Of a DNA stretch of 64,000 nt, positions 50,618-61,554 are shown piece after piece. The position numbers were made by a program, and so were the translations under genes. Within the stretch, counting starts at the first letter, position 1. Every line of letters begins with the position of its first letter. This DNA is from Chiloscyllium plagiosum (Eukaryota), in contig NC_057751.1 of NCBI RefSeq assembly GCF_004010195.1, positions 5,932,502 to 5,996,501 on the forward strand. The letters are read 5' to 3'. The notes beneath the pieces were generated by a model. It had not been told where the DNA came from. It saw only the letters and a program-made list of their open reading frames with translations, and ran no database searches.

Positions 50618-51435
50618 ATGGGCTGAAAAATGGCAGATGGAGTTCCATCTGGATAAATGCAAGATATTACATTTTGGTACAAAAACAAGGATAGCGGTTA
50701 TACAATTACTGGTAGGGCTTTGCGGAGTGTTGTAGAACAGAGGGATCTAGGTGTGCAGGTACTGTACATAATTCTTTGAAGTTTGCGTCACATACAGACA
50801 GAGTGGTTGAAAAAGCATTTGGCATGCTTGCCTTCATTGCTCAGTTCTTTGAGAAGTTGGGAGGTTATGTTGGGGTTGTACAGGATATTGGTGAGGCCTC
50901 CTCTGGAATACTGTGTCCAGTTTTGGTTGCTTTTAGTTATAGGAAGGATGTTATCAATTTGGAGAGAATTCAGAAGAGATTTATCAGGATGTTGCCGGGT
51001 TTGGAAGGTTTGAGTTATAAAGAAAGGCTGGATAGGCTGGGACTTTTTTCACTGCAGCGTAGAAAGTTGAGAGGCGACCTGATAGAAGTTAATAATATAC
51101 TGAGAGTTAATGGTAGTTTTGTTTCCCTAGGATGGGGGATTTCAAGACTAGGGGACACATTTTTAAGGTGAGAGGAGAGAGATCAAAAAAGACATGAGAG
51201 GCAAATTGTTTACACAGAGGGTGGTTCATGTGTGGAATGAACTTCCTGAGGAAGTGGTGGATGCAGATACAATTGCAGTATCTAAAAGATATTTGGATAA
51301 GTTCATGAATAAGAAAGGTTTGGAGGAATATGAACCAGGAGCAGGCAGGTGGGACTAGTTCAGTTTGGGATTATGTTTGGCATGGATTGATTGGACTGAA
51401 GGGTCTGTTTCCACACTGTCTGACTCTATGAATCC
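50618..51435 (+). mobile_element. CR1 LINE 3' part
   Basis: YRILVRPPLEYCVQFW, ERIQKRFIRMLPG, LFSLQRRKLRGDLIEV; gactctatg tail. Confidence 0.95.
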
Positions 51436-51596
51436 ATGTGCTGAGTTTGTCCAGCACTTAAAAAATTTCTGATTCAGTTCTCCAGCATCCAGTATTTTGT
51501 TTTTATTTAAGTTCTTACTTCTATAATACAGGAAATACAACAACCCATTTAGCAAAGCAAGCTCCCATGAACAAAAGTCTATAATGACCAGATAAT

Positions 51597-51900
51597 GACA
51601 GCACGATGGCTCAGAGATTAGCACTACTGCCTCACAGTACCAGGCACCCAAGTTTGATTCCAGCCTGAGGTGATTGTCTATCTGGAATTTGTATGTTCTC
51701 CCCATGTCTGCGTGGGTTTCAGCCTGATGCGCTAGTTTCCTCTCACTGTTCAAAGATGTGCATTTTTGCTGTGTTAGCCATGTGAAATGCAGGGTTACAT
51801 GAATAGGTAAGGGGCTAGGTCTGGGTGGGCTCTTCAGAGGGTTGGTGCAGACTCGATGGGCTGAACAACCTCTTTCCACACTCTAGGGATTATATGATTC
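51597..51900 (+). mobile_element. HE1 (V-SINE) copy inserted in a reversed Deu-SINE (51510-52020)
   Basis: tRNA head, V-domain and CR1-type tail; Deu-SINE sequence on both sides. Confidence 0.85.
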
Positions 51901-52366
51901 ATGAAGCTTTCTTTTGGGATGTTGTTAAAGGTCTGAACATTGGCCTGGATACTGGGGTTAATTTCCCTGGTCTTCTTTGAAAGAATGTGATGTGATCTTT
52001 CACATCTGCTTGAAAGATCATAAGATGTCAGAACAGAAATTGACCCACCAGCACATCAAGTCTGCCATTCAGTCAGACCTTGGCTGATATGATAAACCTC
52101 AGCTGTCCTGCCTTTTCCCACAACCCTTGAATCTCTGACTGATGAAATATCAGTCTATCTTAACCTTGAATGTACGCAATAGCCCAACCTCTATAGCCCT
52201 TTGCAGCAAAAAAGTTCCTAACATTCACTAACCTCTGAGAGAAGAAATTGGTCCATATCTTTTTCCTAAATGGGTAATCCCTTGTTATGAGATTATACCC
52301 TTTGGTCCTGGACTCTTCCACAAGGGGAAACAACCATTTCACATCCCCCGTCATATCCCCAAAGAA

Positions 52367-52688
52367 GGTAGCATGGTGGTTCAATGGTTAGCACTGCTGC
52401 CTCACAGTGCCAGGGACCCTGGTTCGATTCTCGCCTCAGGCGACTGTCTGTGTGGAGTTTGCACGTTCTTCCTGTGACTGCATGGGCTTTCTCCGGGTTT
52501 TCTCCCACAATCCAAAGATGTGCAGGTTAGGTGAGTTGGTCATGCTAAAATTGCCCCTAGTGTAGGTTATTAGTCAGGGGTAAATATAGGATAGGGGAAA
52601 AGGTCTGGGTGGGTTACTCTTTCGAGGGTCGGAGTGGACTTGTTGGGCCAAAGGGCCTGTTTCCACACTATAGGGACTCTAATTCTAA
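52367..52688 (+). mobile_element. HE1 (V-SINE) full-length copy
   Basis: A box tggttcaatgg, B box ggttcgattc, V-domain, tail gggccaaagggcctgtttccacact...aattctaatc. Confidence 0.93.
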
Positions 52689-52700
52689 TCTTGTATGTTT

Positions 52701-53404
52701 TGTATTGACACAGGGTAAACCCCTCTGGGTAATTTAAACCAGCAACACAGAAAAGATTCACCCCGTGTTGTAATCTTTTAAATTCGAGAAGCAAAACTCT
52801 ATCCCAGAGGTCACTATTTAAACTAAAAATTAACAACTTTATTCTTTAAGAGCAACAGAGAGTCTTATAACCAACTACTATTTACAATCCCTTTCTCTTA
52901 AACCTATCTTTTATATCCCACTCCACAATACTAATCTGGGAAAAAGTCCTAATTCAGACTTACAAAAAATTCAACTTCCAAAACCAGACAGCTGTTGAAT
53001 CTTCTCTTTGTATCTTCCTCTGCAGATTTTTCTGTCGTCTTTTCGATGATCTGCTGTGCAAACTTCTTATTGACAGGTATCTTCCAGAGAGCTGTTCTGC
53101 TGGCAGTCTGTACTTGTTGGTGGCTTGACATTTTTCTTCCTAGCTGATACCCCCGAAACACTATCATTTCATTGGATTTAATATTATCAAATACTAAATT
53201 CAAATGTGATTGGATTTGGTATCTTGGGGCATAATTTAAACTGATTGGCCGAATTTGAAGTTGTTTTTGTTTCACGGCAACCCAGAAGCTGCTATTTGTT
53301 TTGACCAAGTGTTATATTGTTACCTTGTTCCAGACTCTCTGTGCTTTGTCCTTGCTAGATTTTCAACTCTTTTAAAGGTGCAGTACCTCTACAACTTCAT
53401 AAGA
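52701..53404 (-). mobile_element. Solo LTR, family 1
   Basis: tgtattgacacagggtaaac...aacttcataaga; homologous to the reverse complement of 6784-7503; degenerate 4-bp TSD gttt/ggtg. Confidence 0.8.
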
Positions 53405-54782
53405 GGTGCAATAAGATTGCATCTCGCACATCTAAATTCCAATGTGTACAGGCCCAAACTACTTAACTGCTCCTCACAAGACAGGTCCCTGGTACCTGAG
53501 AATGAACGTTCTCTGATTTGCGCCTTTTAGCTTTAGTTAAACCTCCCTACTTTTATGCTCCATTCCACTTGCCTTCCATATTACCCACTGAACATGTATG
53601 CTAACTTTTTGTGATTGTCACATGAGGATTCCCAAATCCCTCCTTGCTATAGATTTCTGGTCTTTCTCCACTGAAATAATATTCAGCTCCTCTATTATTG
53701 CCATCAAAGTGCATATCCTTACATTTTCACATATATGCCAAATTTTAGCCCACTCATTTAACCTGTCTCTGTCCCTCTGTAGACTCTTTATGTTATCTTC
53801 ATGATTTGCCCTAACACCCTTTTTAGGTCACCCATAAACTTGACTATAATATATTCACTTCTCTCATCAATTCATGAATATAGTTGGGCTTTGGTTGAAT
53901 GCCTGAATATTTTTTTCTCATGTGTCTCCAAATTTTGAATTATGTCACTTGATCCATGCCTTGAGTGCTCTCCCTGAAGGCAGGTTCCAGGCTTATTTTC
54001 TGATGATGCTTCATTTTGACTGAATTGCCTGTCTTGCCTATTTTGGTGAGTGATGGATTTGCCATTTCCTTCCACTCTCAGTGGAAATGCAACGACCACA
54101 GATTCCTTTTCCACCTTGAACAGAGCAGGAATTGAACTTGCGCCATTGGCATTATTCTGAACAACACACTTGCCACCAAGCTAATTTGTGACACTTGTAT
54201 AATAATAAAATATTGGTTCATACAGCATGCAATCTCAGTTCAAGAATTATGTTTACTACATTTCAGCTCAGCAATGCATGTCACTGTTCATTTTATGATT
54301 TAGTTTTGAGAATTACTGAAATGTGATTAATCTCAGTCAAGTGATATTAATGAATACTAATGCTTCTGAAAGAAGATGCATAAGTTGGAATTATTTTACA
54401 ATGATTAGGTACAGGATTCTGTTTTCCCACCCTGCTTTCCAGGATACTTTGAAAAGACTTCACTGACACTCTGTCAAGATTTATGCCAGACATTCTCTGT
54501 TAACTGTACCGAACAAGAGTGAATGTTGTGTTCCTCTACTTACAGCAGCCATCAGAAGACAGGGAGTGTTGAGTGCTTGGCATCCTGCCAGAGGACCCCT
54601 TGATCTGCAGGACGGATGGTAGAAGAGACCTCGTGCAGAGGAGAAGGACAGAAGGGTGAAGTGGCCTCTTCCTGCCCTTCGGATGTTACATTCTTGTTGT
54701 CAAAGTAAGTGTACCAGTTGTAGACAAAACTTTGTGAAGCAATAACATGGGTTCTGTATTTACCGATAAGACCATAGACAGT

Positions 54783-55001
54783 GAGTCAGTTCTGCTGTAA
54801 CACAGTAGTTCCATTCTCCTGCAATCCAGTGTCCTAAGATAATCGCACAACAGAAGCAACATTTCAACTAATGGGGCCGGAATTGCGCTGTAACCAATAC
54901 ACTTTTTAAAACTTTGTGCTTTAGAAATAGTGTCCCCAATTTGTCAACCATGTTCTAGCAAGTTTGTGTTGATGAAATGCGTGTTATAGCAGAATGATCT
55001 G
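54783..55001. mobile_element. Tc1/pogo(Tigger)-like MITE
   Basis: TIRs ttctgctgtaacac / gtgttatagcagaa; internal homology to 19855-20041 and 26765-26876. Confidence 0.65.
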
Positions 55002-55066
55002 GAGTTAATTGGGAGATAATTATACATACCTTAGTCTTATTGTTTTTGTCCTAGACTGATGACAAG

Positions 55067-55275
55067 TTGAAACTTTATTGCTGGAACAGCACAGCAGGTC
55101 AGGCAGCATCCAGGGAACAGGAGATTCGACGTTTCGGGCACAGGCCCTTCTTCAGGCCCTTCGGCCTGTGCCCAAAACGTCGAATCTTCTGTTCCCTGGA
55201 TGCTGCCTGACCTGCTGTGCTGTTCCAGCAATAAAGTTTCAACTTTGATCTCCAGCATCTGCAGACCTCACTTTC
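55067..55275. mobile_element. PLE family A fold-back insertion
   Basis: Inverted arms with a short loop; 18-bp perfect TSD tcctagactgatgacaag 55049-55066 / 55276-55293. Confidence 0.93.
55126..55155 (-). ncRNA. Minimal hammerhead motif (family A), intact core
   Basis: CUGAAGA-A-GGGC(cugu)GCCC-GAAA-CGUC. Confidence 0.72.
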
Positions 55276-56742
55276 TCCTAGACTGATGACAAGCCATGCG
55301 ATGAACACATCACATCATATTGAGATGAGCAATGATTGACAGCAACTTAAGATATATTTCTTAAAGGTATATGCAATCATACTTCATAGGATATGGACGT
55401 TCTTTCTCCAGCACGTCTTCTCACCCACTTTTGGAGGTATCCTAAACAGACTGGTGTGTGCCAACCAATGAAATCCAAGCTTCAGATGTGGTGAATGGTG
55501 CCCACTTATACTGCTCCACGTGTCCTTTTGGTGTTGATTGCTTACCCTTGTAGCTATCTTTTTGGCACTTTGAGGTAAACTTTGGGGTCATCTAAAATTG
55601 GAACCAAAATTTGGCCTTCAAATAGACTTTCAAGTAGATGGATCTAATTATCACTGAAACAAAAAGCATTTTCTTTCACAAAAAGAAATCCAAGTGTGCA
55701 TCTGGGGATTTTAACCCGCTGTCAACCACATGTCACCCTTCAGCAATGACATCACACAAAGTGGACCATATCTATTGCAGGCAACACAGCCAAGCTCCAG
55801 AAACTTTTCAATGACTTTCTGCTCAAATGCAAATTCAGCATTGCTATCATTGCATTTTGTTAACATTGACACTTATAGTGGAAAGTGGGATCAATATATC
55901 AATGAGAATGAAAATGAGATTGTCTTGATTGCGGTTAAGCACAAAATGAATTGGACTTGAAATGAAAACTGATGTCAGTTCATGTTGACTTCATATTCAG
56001 GTTTATATCTGTGTAAACATCCAGCACTGTGGAGTTTGAGGCTGGGCATGGGTGATAGGCCCTCAAGTGACACATGGCCACAAGTAGTGCAACCCAGGTT
56101 TACTCCAAAATTCTCATGATGAAAATTGATTTTTTAAACAATATTACAGTAGAAATAATTGAAAATGAATAAATTTCAGGTAAAATGCATAAAATTCTCC
56201 AGCACATGAACAGACCATTTGGTCCAATACGTCCATGTCATTGTTGATGCTCTATGTAAGCTCTCAATCATCCTACTTCTTCTGCTTTCTCTGCCTGGAA
56301 CTGACCGAGCCTCAATTTAAATGCATCTTTGCTCTTCACCTACATTATGTTTGTAGTCAATCTCAATCGCCGTTTGATGTTCATTCTGTATTAAAGCTGA
56401 CACACTGCAAACTGCCTTTCACGTGAATGAGCAGAGCCATCCATTTCTCAGTCATCCAAAAGTCAACCACAAAAACCACAACTTCCATTTATAGACCTTG
56501 TTTTAAAATCATTGTAATTTGTCCCACATCACTTCATTGAGCCAAAAGCAAATAAATAAAGAGAAGTCAGGTGTAATTGCCATGAAGCTCCTTGGATTAT
56601 TTCACTCTGGTAAATGTGATGTAAATTGCAACTTAATTTCATATAATTTTACGTTGTCCATTATTCCAATTCTAAATTTCCTTTGTGTGCCTGTAAAGTA
56701 TTTTGCTATTTGTTTGCCATCCATACTATTGTTTCATTTTTA

Positions 56743-57516
56743 TGTTACGACACAGGGTAAACCTTCCTGCTTAATTTAAAACCAACAAACAGAAAAGATT
56801 TATCCTGGGCGGTAATCTGTAAAAGTTCGAGTGGCCAAGAACAATTTAAGTAAATATTAACCACTTTATTTCTTAAAGTAATACAGAGAATAATTAAGTG
56901 ACAACTATTCACAAGTCCTTAATCTGACCTATCTTTTACCTTCCCTTCTATAATACTAGTCCGATTAAACTCCCAATTATGATTTACAAAACAACGCTTC
57001 TTATCTCAAAACCAGGCAGCTTTCTGTTCTTCTATATGGATCTTCCTGCAGCTTATTTTATTCTTTTTAGGGATTTCTGCTTCACAGGTTACTGATCGAA
57101 AAAGGTACTTTTAAGAGAGCTGTTTTTCAGGCAGTCTTTTACATGCTGGTAGCTGGGCAGTTCTCCTCCGACTGTTCGATTTTACCCCGGTCTTATACCC
57201 CAGAGTATCGGATTGTGTCATTGGCTTTTAAGATTGTCAATATACTCAATTCAAACATGATTGAAATTTGGTATTTTTCCGGGTATAATTTAAACTGGTT
57301 GGTCTCATTCGAATCTGTTATTTTTGTTGTAACTAGGAAACCAGCAACTCCAGTAGCTGCAGCACGTGTTACATTGGATCTTATTGAGAACTTTTGGTGC
57401 TTTCACGTGAATGAGCAGAGCCATCCATTCCTCAGTCATCCAGAAGTCAACCACAACTTCCATTTATAGACATTATTTTAAAATCACTGTAGTGTGTCCC
57501 ACATCACTTCATAACA
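56743..57516 (-). mobile_element. Solo LTR, family 1, with a rearranged end
   Basis: tgttacgacacagggtaaac...cttcataaca; no matching TSD; 57400-57512 duplicates 56416-56537. Confidence 0.8.
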
Positions 57517-57597
57517 CCCACATCTTCAGAACATTTGTTAATTTCTTCATATTCTCTTTATCTTGCTCTTCCCTCCTCTGCGTGCGGGTATGTTCTT

Positions 57598-57618
57598 ACA
57601 CACACACACACACACACA
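57598..57618. repeat. (AC)n microsatellite
   Basis: About 10 AC units. Confidence 0.95.
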
Positions 57619-58599
57619 ATTACCTTTTAATAGAGTTAAAAGCTAGCAGTGACATTACCAAGTGTTCTTAATAAGATATCATGTAACATGTGCTGCAGCT
57701 ACTGGACCTTTTGTTTGGCAAAGCTTTGGACAGATAAGATGCCAAGTTTTGTTTCTCCCCAGTCAAATCACTCAAACTTGAACCCCTAAATCCCAATATG
57801 TGTTTGTTCACATATGTGGGATGCTCTTTGGAGGCTGGTGTGGACTGATGGGCCAAATGGGCCAAATGATTCTATTTGGAGAAGAACAGAATTTGATATA
57901 AGTTGGGTTTCATTAATAAGTAATGACACTTCACTTTTAATATCTTTAGTGTAACTGATTATTTCAGTGAGTGTGCAATTCCTGCTGCAATAGCAGGTTC
58001 TTTAATTATGGTGGTATGATGTTTGCTCAAACCAGGAACCTTGTGGCTTCATTCTATGAACAAGCATTTTAGTTTTCTGACATTTAAATAAAATAAAAAT
58101 GTTATTGGTCTCCACAGAAATCATGACATAATGTAAAACACATAACTGAAACAAGCTGATGATCACCAGATGATCACCAACCAGGGATCAACAAGGTCAG
58201 CGGAAAGAAATGACATTTGAGTTCAGAGTTTCTGATCCATGCTTAGAGTGAGTTCTGTTATTTTACCATTTTAAATAAGCTCTAAACTTCCTCGGAATAC
58301 TACTCAAGAGCATTAATTAATTTTACTGTTTGAACACCCATAATGTTGCCCATGCCCCAACCCCGAGACCCTCATTCTGTGAAAGACCAAGACTATCAAC
58401 TCATAATGTGATCAATAACTGAAAGAAATAGAAGGATTGATACTGTACCATATACCTCCTATAGCTACCTCTGTTCAGAGTTGCTCCATGTTGCAGTTTT
58501 CCCTTTCTTCTCTCAGCTCAATCTCTTCTCAGGCTCTGCATCTAATCCCTCTCTTCAACCCATCCTGTCTCCTGTCTCTCACTGAAACTTCTGCATTAG

Positions 58600-58810
58600 G
58601 TCCACTTGCCTGCATTAGGTCCATATCCTTCCAAATCTTTCCTGTTCATGTACCAGTCCAAATGTCTTTTAAATGTTGTAATTGTACCTGCATCTTCCAC
58701 TTCCTCCAGCAGTTCATTCCACTCATGAGCCATCCTCTGTGTTAAAAAGTTGCCCCCCCGGGTCTCTTAAATTTTTCTCCTCTCAGCTTAAAAATGCCCC
58801 TTCCTTGGGA
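58600..58810 (-). mobile_element. CR1 3' fragment
   Basis: ccatatccttccaaatcttt...aaatgtcttttaaatgttgtaattgtacctgc. Confidence 0.85.
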
Positions 58811-58992
58811 CTATTTCTTCTTCACTTGTCATTGGCTTTCCAGTGATGAAAAAGTTGTTCAGGAAAATTAGTTGAGATTGCCTGGTTTCAACTTGCATGA
58901 TTGAACTTTGAGATCTGGACTTTTGATTCAGTGGGTGTCGTTGTCACTTAGACTTTCACATGAACAGATACAAGCAAACCTTTCAGAGCAAC

Positions 58993-59161
58993 GTTAAAAA
59001 TCACACAACACCAGGTTATAGTCCAATTGGTTTAATTCCTTCATCAGGATGAAGCAGCGCTTTGAAAGCTAGTGCTTCCAATTAAACCTGTTGGACTGTA
59101 ACCTGGTGTTGTATGATTTTTAACTTTGTCCATCCCAGTCCAACACGGCATCTCCAAATCA
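58993..59161. mobile_element. PLE family B fold-back insertion
   Basis: Inverted arms; tail ...cccagtccaacacggcatctccaaatca; 12-bp perfect TSD tttcagagcaac 58981-58992 / 59162-59173; hammerhead remnants at the centre. Confidence 0.88.
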
Positions 59162-59779
59162 TTTCAGAGCAACTTCTTTTACATTATCAGCTGCTTGGTA
59201 CTGTCTCTGTTCTCCGTTCTCCAATCAAATCACAAACTAAGGCAGTCTAGATTTTCTCTCCGACCCAGATCATTCCTAAAATGAAAAACCAGTTGGACAG
59301 TCAGTACAGTTACTGGCTGCTTGTGCAACCTCGTGCCTTAGATTAATCCAGTTTACAAACAACCCTATTGTGATGTTTGCTCTCTCTGTGAAGTATGGTA
59401 TGAGGTCACACTTGTTCTGTGAGGTCATGCTTAAACCTTTCCAGTTCAAGGGACCTCACCGCATTCAAACCAGGGATTAGAAATACCCTCCGTTTTCTGA
59501 GGTTAAAATGTGTTGCTTTCCCAGACTATAATGACAAGCTTCTAGTTTCATGATGACACAAAGAATTGGGTGTGTGGGAGATGGGCAGTCATGGGATTAT
59601 CAGGATACTCTTTGTTCCCCTCCTCTTCATAGTGCCTAATAAATATTCATCAACATTCACCAATGTTCATCAAACTAAGAAGAGTTTTTCAGTGAAGAAC
59701 TGAGCATGAGGTTCAGTCACTATCATGAACTAGACTCCAGTTTTTGGATTGACTGAGATCTGCTATTAGTGAATAGCAA

Positions 59780-60040
59780 ATGTCTTGTCTCCAGAGTGGG
59801 GGAGTTCAAAACTAGGGCCATTTTTTAAGCTGAGAGGAGAAAGATTTAAAAGAGACCCGGGGAGGGGGCAACTTTTTAACACAGAGGATGGTTCATGAGT
59901 GGAATGAACTGCTGGAGGAAGTGGAAGATCCAGGTACAATTACAACATTTAAAAGTTATTTGGACAGGTACATGAACAGGAAAGATTTGGAAGGATATGG
60001 ACCGAATGCAGGCAAGTGGGAACAGTTTAGTTTGGGACAT
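59780..60040 (+). mobile_element. CR1 3' fragment
   Basis: gggagttcaaaactagggc...ggaatgaactgctggaggaagtgg...ggaaagatttggaaggatatgg. Confidence 0.88.
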
Positions 60041-61554
60041 TAACGAACAACGATGCCAGATTAAGAATTTTAGACCAACCTTGCAAACCTTACAAACTTC
60101 TCTCTGGTCAGCTGGTCGATGACTGGCTTGTGTTCACTTGGTAAAGTCAAGCTGATCTGTCTGATCACCTTCTTTCCAAGACAAATCAACCACAGCAAGT
60201 GCAGCTACTTTGCCTTGCTTGTATTTGCTTGGGCAGCCTCCTGCCTCAGACTAAGTTAGTGATGTCTGATCTCTCTATAATGTACTGTGTGAAGGTCACA
60301 CATATCTGTGAGGTCATGCTTTGACCTTTTAGGTTCAAGGAGTCTCACCTTGATCAAACTGTCTGTTAGAAAAAAACATTCTGTTTTCTGAAATTACCTT
60401 AAACTGATATTCTGGAATGCACTAACCAGTTTTCAGTCCCTGACACCTCCTTCTTTTACATGTCTTTAATCTGAGCAGAGCTTGTATGCACAATGTTCAA
60501 ACTGACAACTTAGATTTTGTCCATTTAATCTGGAGGCTATATTGATCACAAATCATTGTTGTGTCAGAAATATGTACCTGCAGGGAAGGAGTTATAGTGA
60601 GAAACATATAATTTCCCTGGAAAACTCAAACATCTGCAAGCTGGCATGTACAACACAAAATGTAACAGCGACTGTCACTGAAATTAATTTATGCCCATTC
60701 TGCAGGTTTGTTTAAACCTTTGTGTAATTTGTCGGTCCTCCTCAGTTTTGACTATCCCCCCAAATTTCATGTCCTCGGCCCAACCATCTTAAGCTACTTC
60801 ATCAATCCTCCATCATAAGGTCAGAAGTGGGGATTTTTGCTGATGATTGTACAGTGTTCAGCATCCTCAGTGACTTCTCAGTTGGAAAGGAGTTCATACT
60901 AAGATACAGCATAACCTGGACAACATTTAGATTTGTCTGATAAGTGCAAGATCAAATTTACATGCAAGGTAAAGACAAGACAGAATCTCACTGTCATCCT
61001 TTGAGTTTCAATTGCATTGTCATTGCTGACTTCTGCATTATCAAATCCCGAGGACGACAATTAACCAGAACTGAACTGAATAAGCACTCCAAACACTATG
61101 CTTATGAGTACAGGTTGGAGACTCAGAATTTTGAAATGAGCAACTCACCTTCTGACTCCTCAGATCTGACCCATCATCTCCAACTCATGAATCACAATTG
61201 TGATCGAATATTCTCCACCTTCCTGAAAGAGTGAAACTGCAATTACATTCAAAACATTCAACACCAACCAGGAAGCATGCTGAACTGGCACCCCCGATCA
61301 CCACCTTCAAACATTCCCACATACAGGGTGCACAGAGGAGATGTGCCATTTACTCTGGAGTAATGTGTGGGAAATCTCCTTTGATGCCACTTTTCAAATC
61401 CATGAATTTTATCATCTAAAAGGAAAAAGGTTGCAGATTCATGGGAATGGCACCTCCAAACAGTTCCATTTCAAGCCACACACCATCCTGATTTGGAAGT
61501 ATATCATAGTTCCTTCACTGTCGCTAGATCACAGTCCAGGAATTCTCACATAAA

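Larger units (their letters stand above)
52018..53880 (-). mobile_element. CR1 LINE 3' part interrupted by HE1 and a solo LTR
   Basis: ORF 52160-52384 (LFPLVEESRTKG..FFSQRLVN); collinear continuation at 53409 (caataagattgcatctc). Confidence 0.85.

Noticed and set aside
55049..55066. CTGATGA hammerhead core motif within the TSD
   Set aside because: No stem II or correctly placed GAAA follows; likely coincidence.
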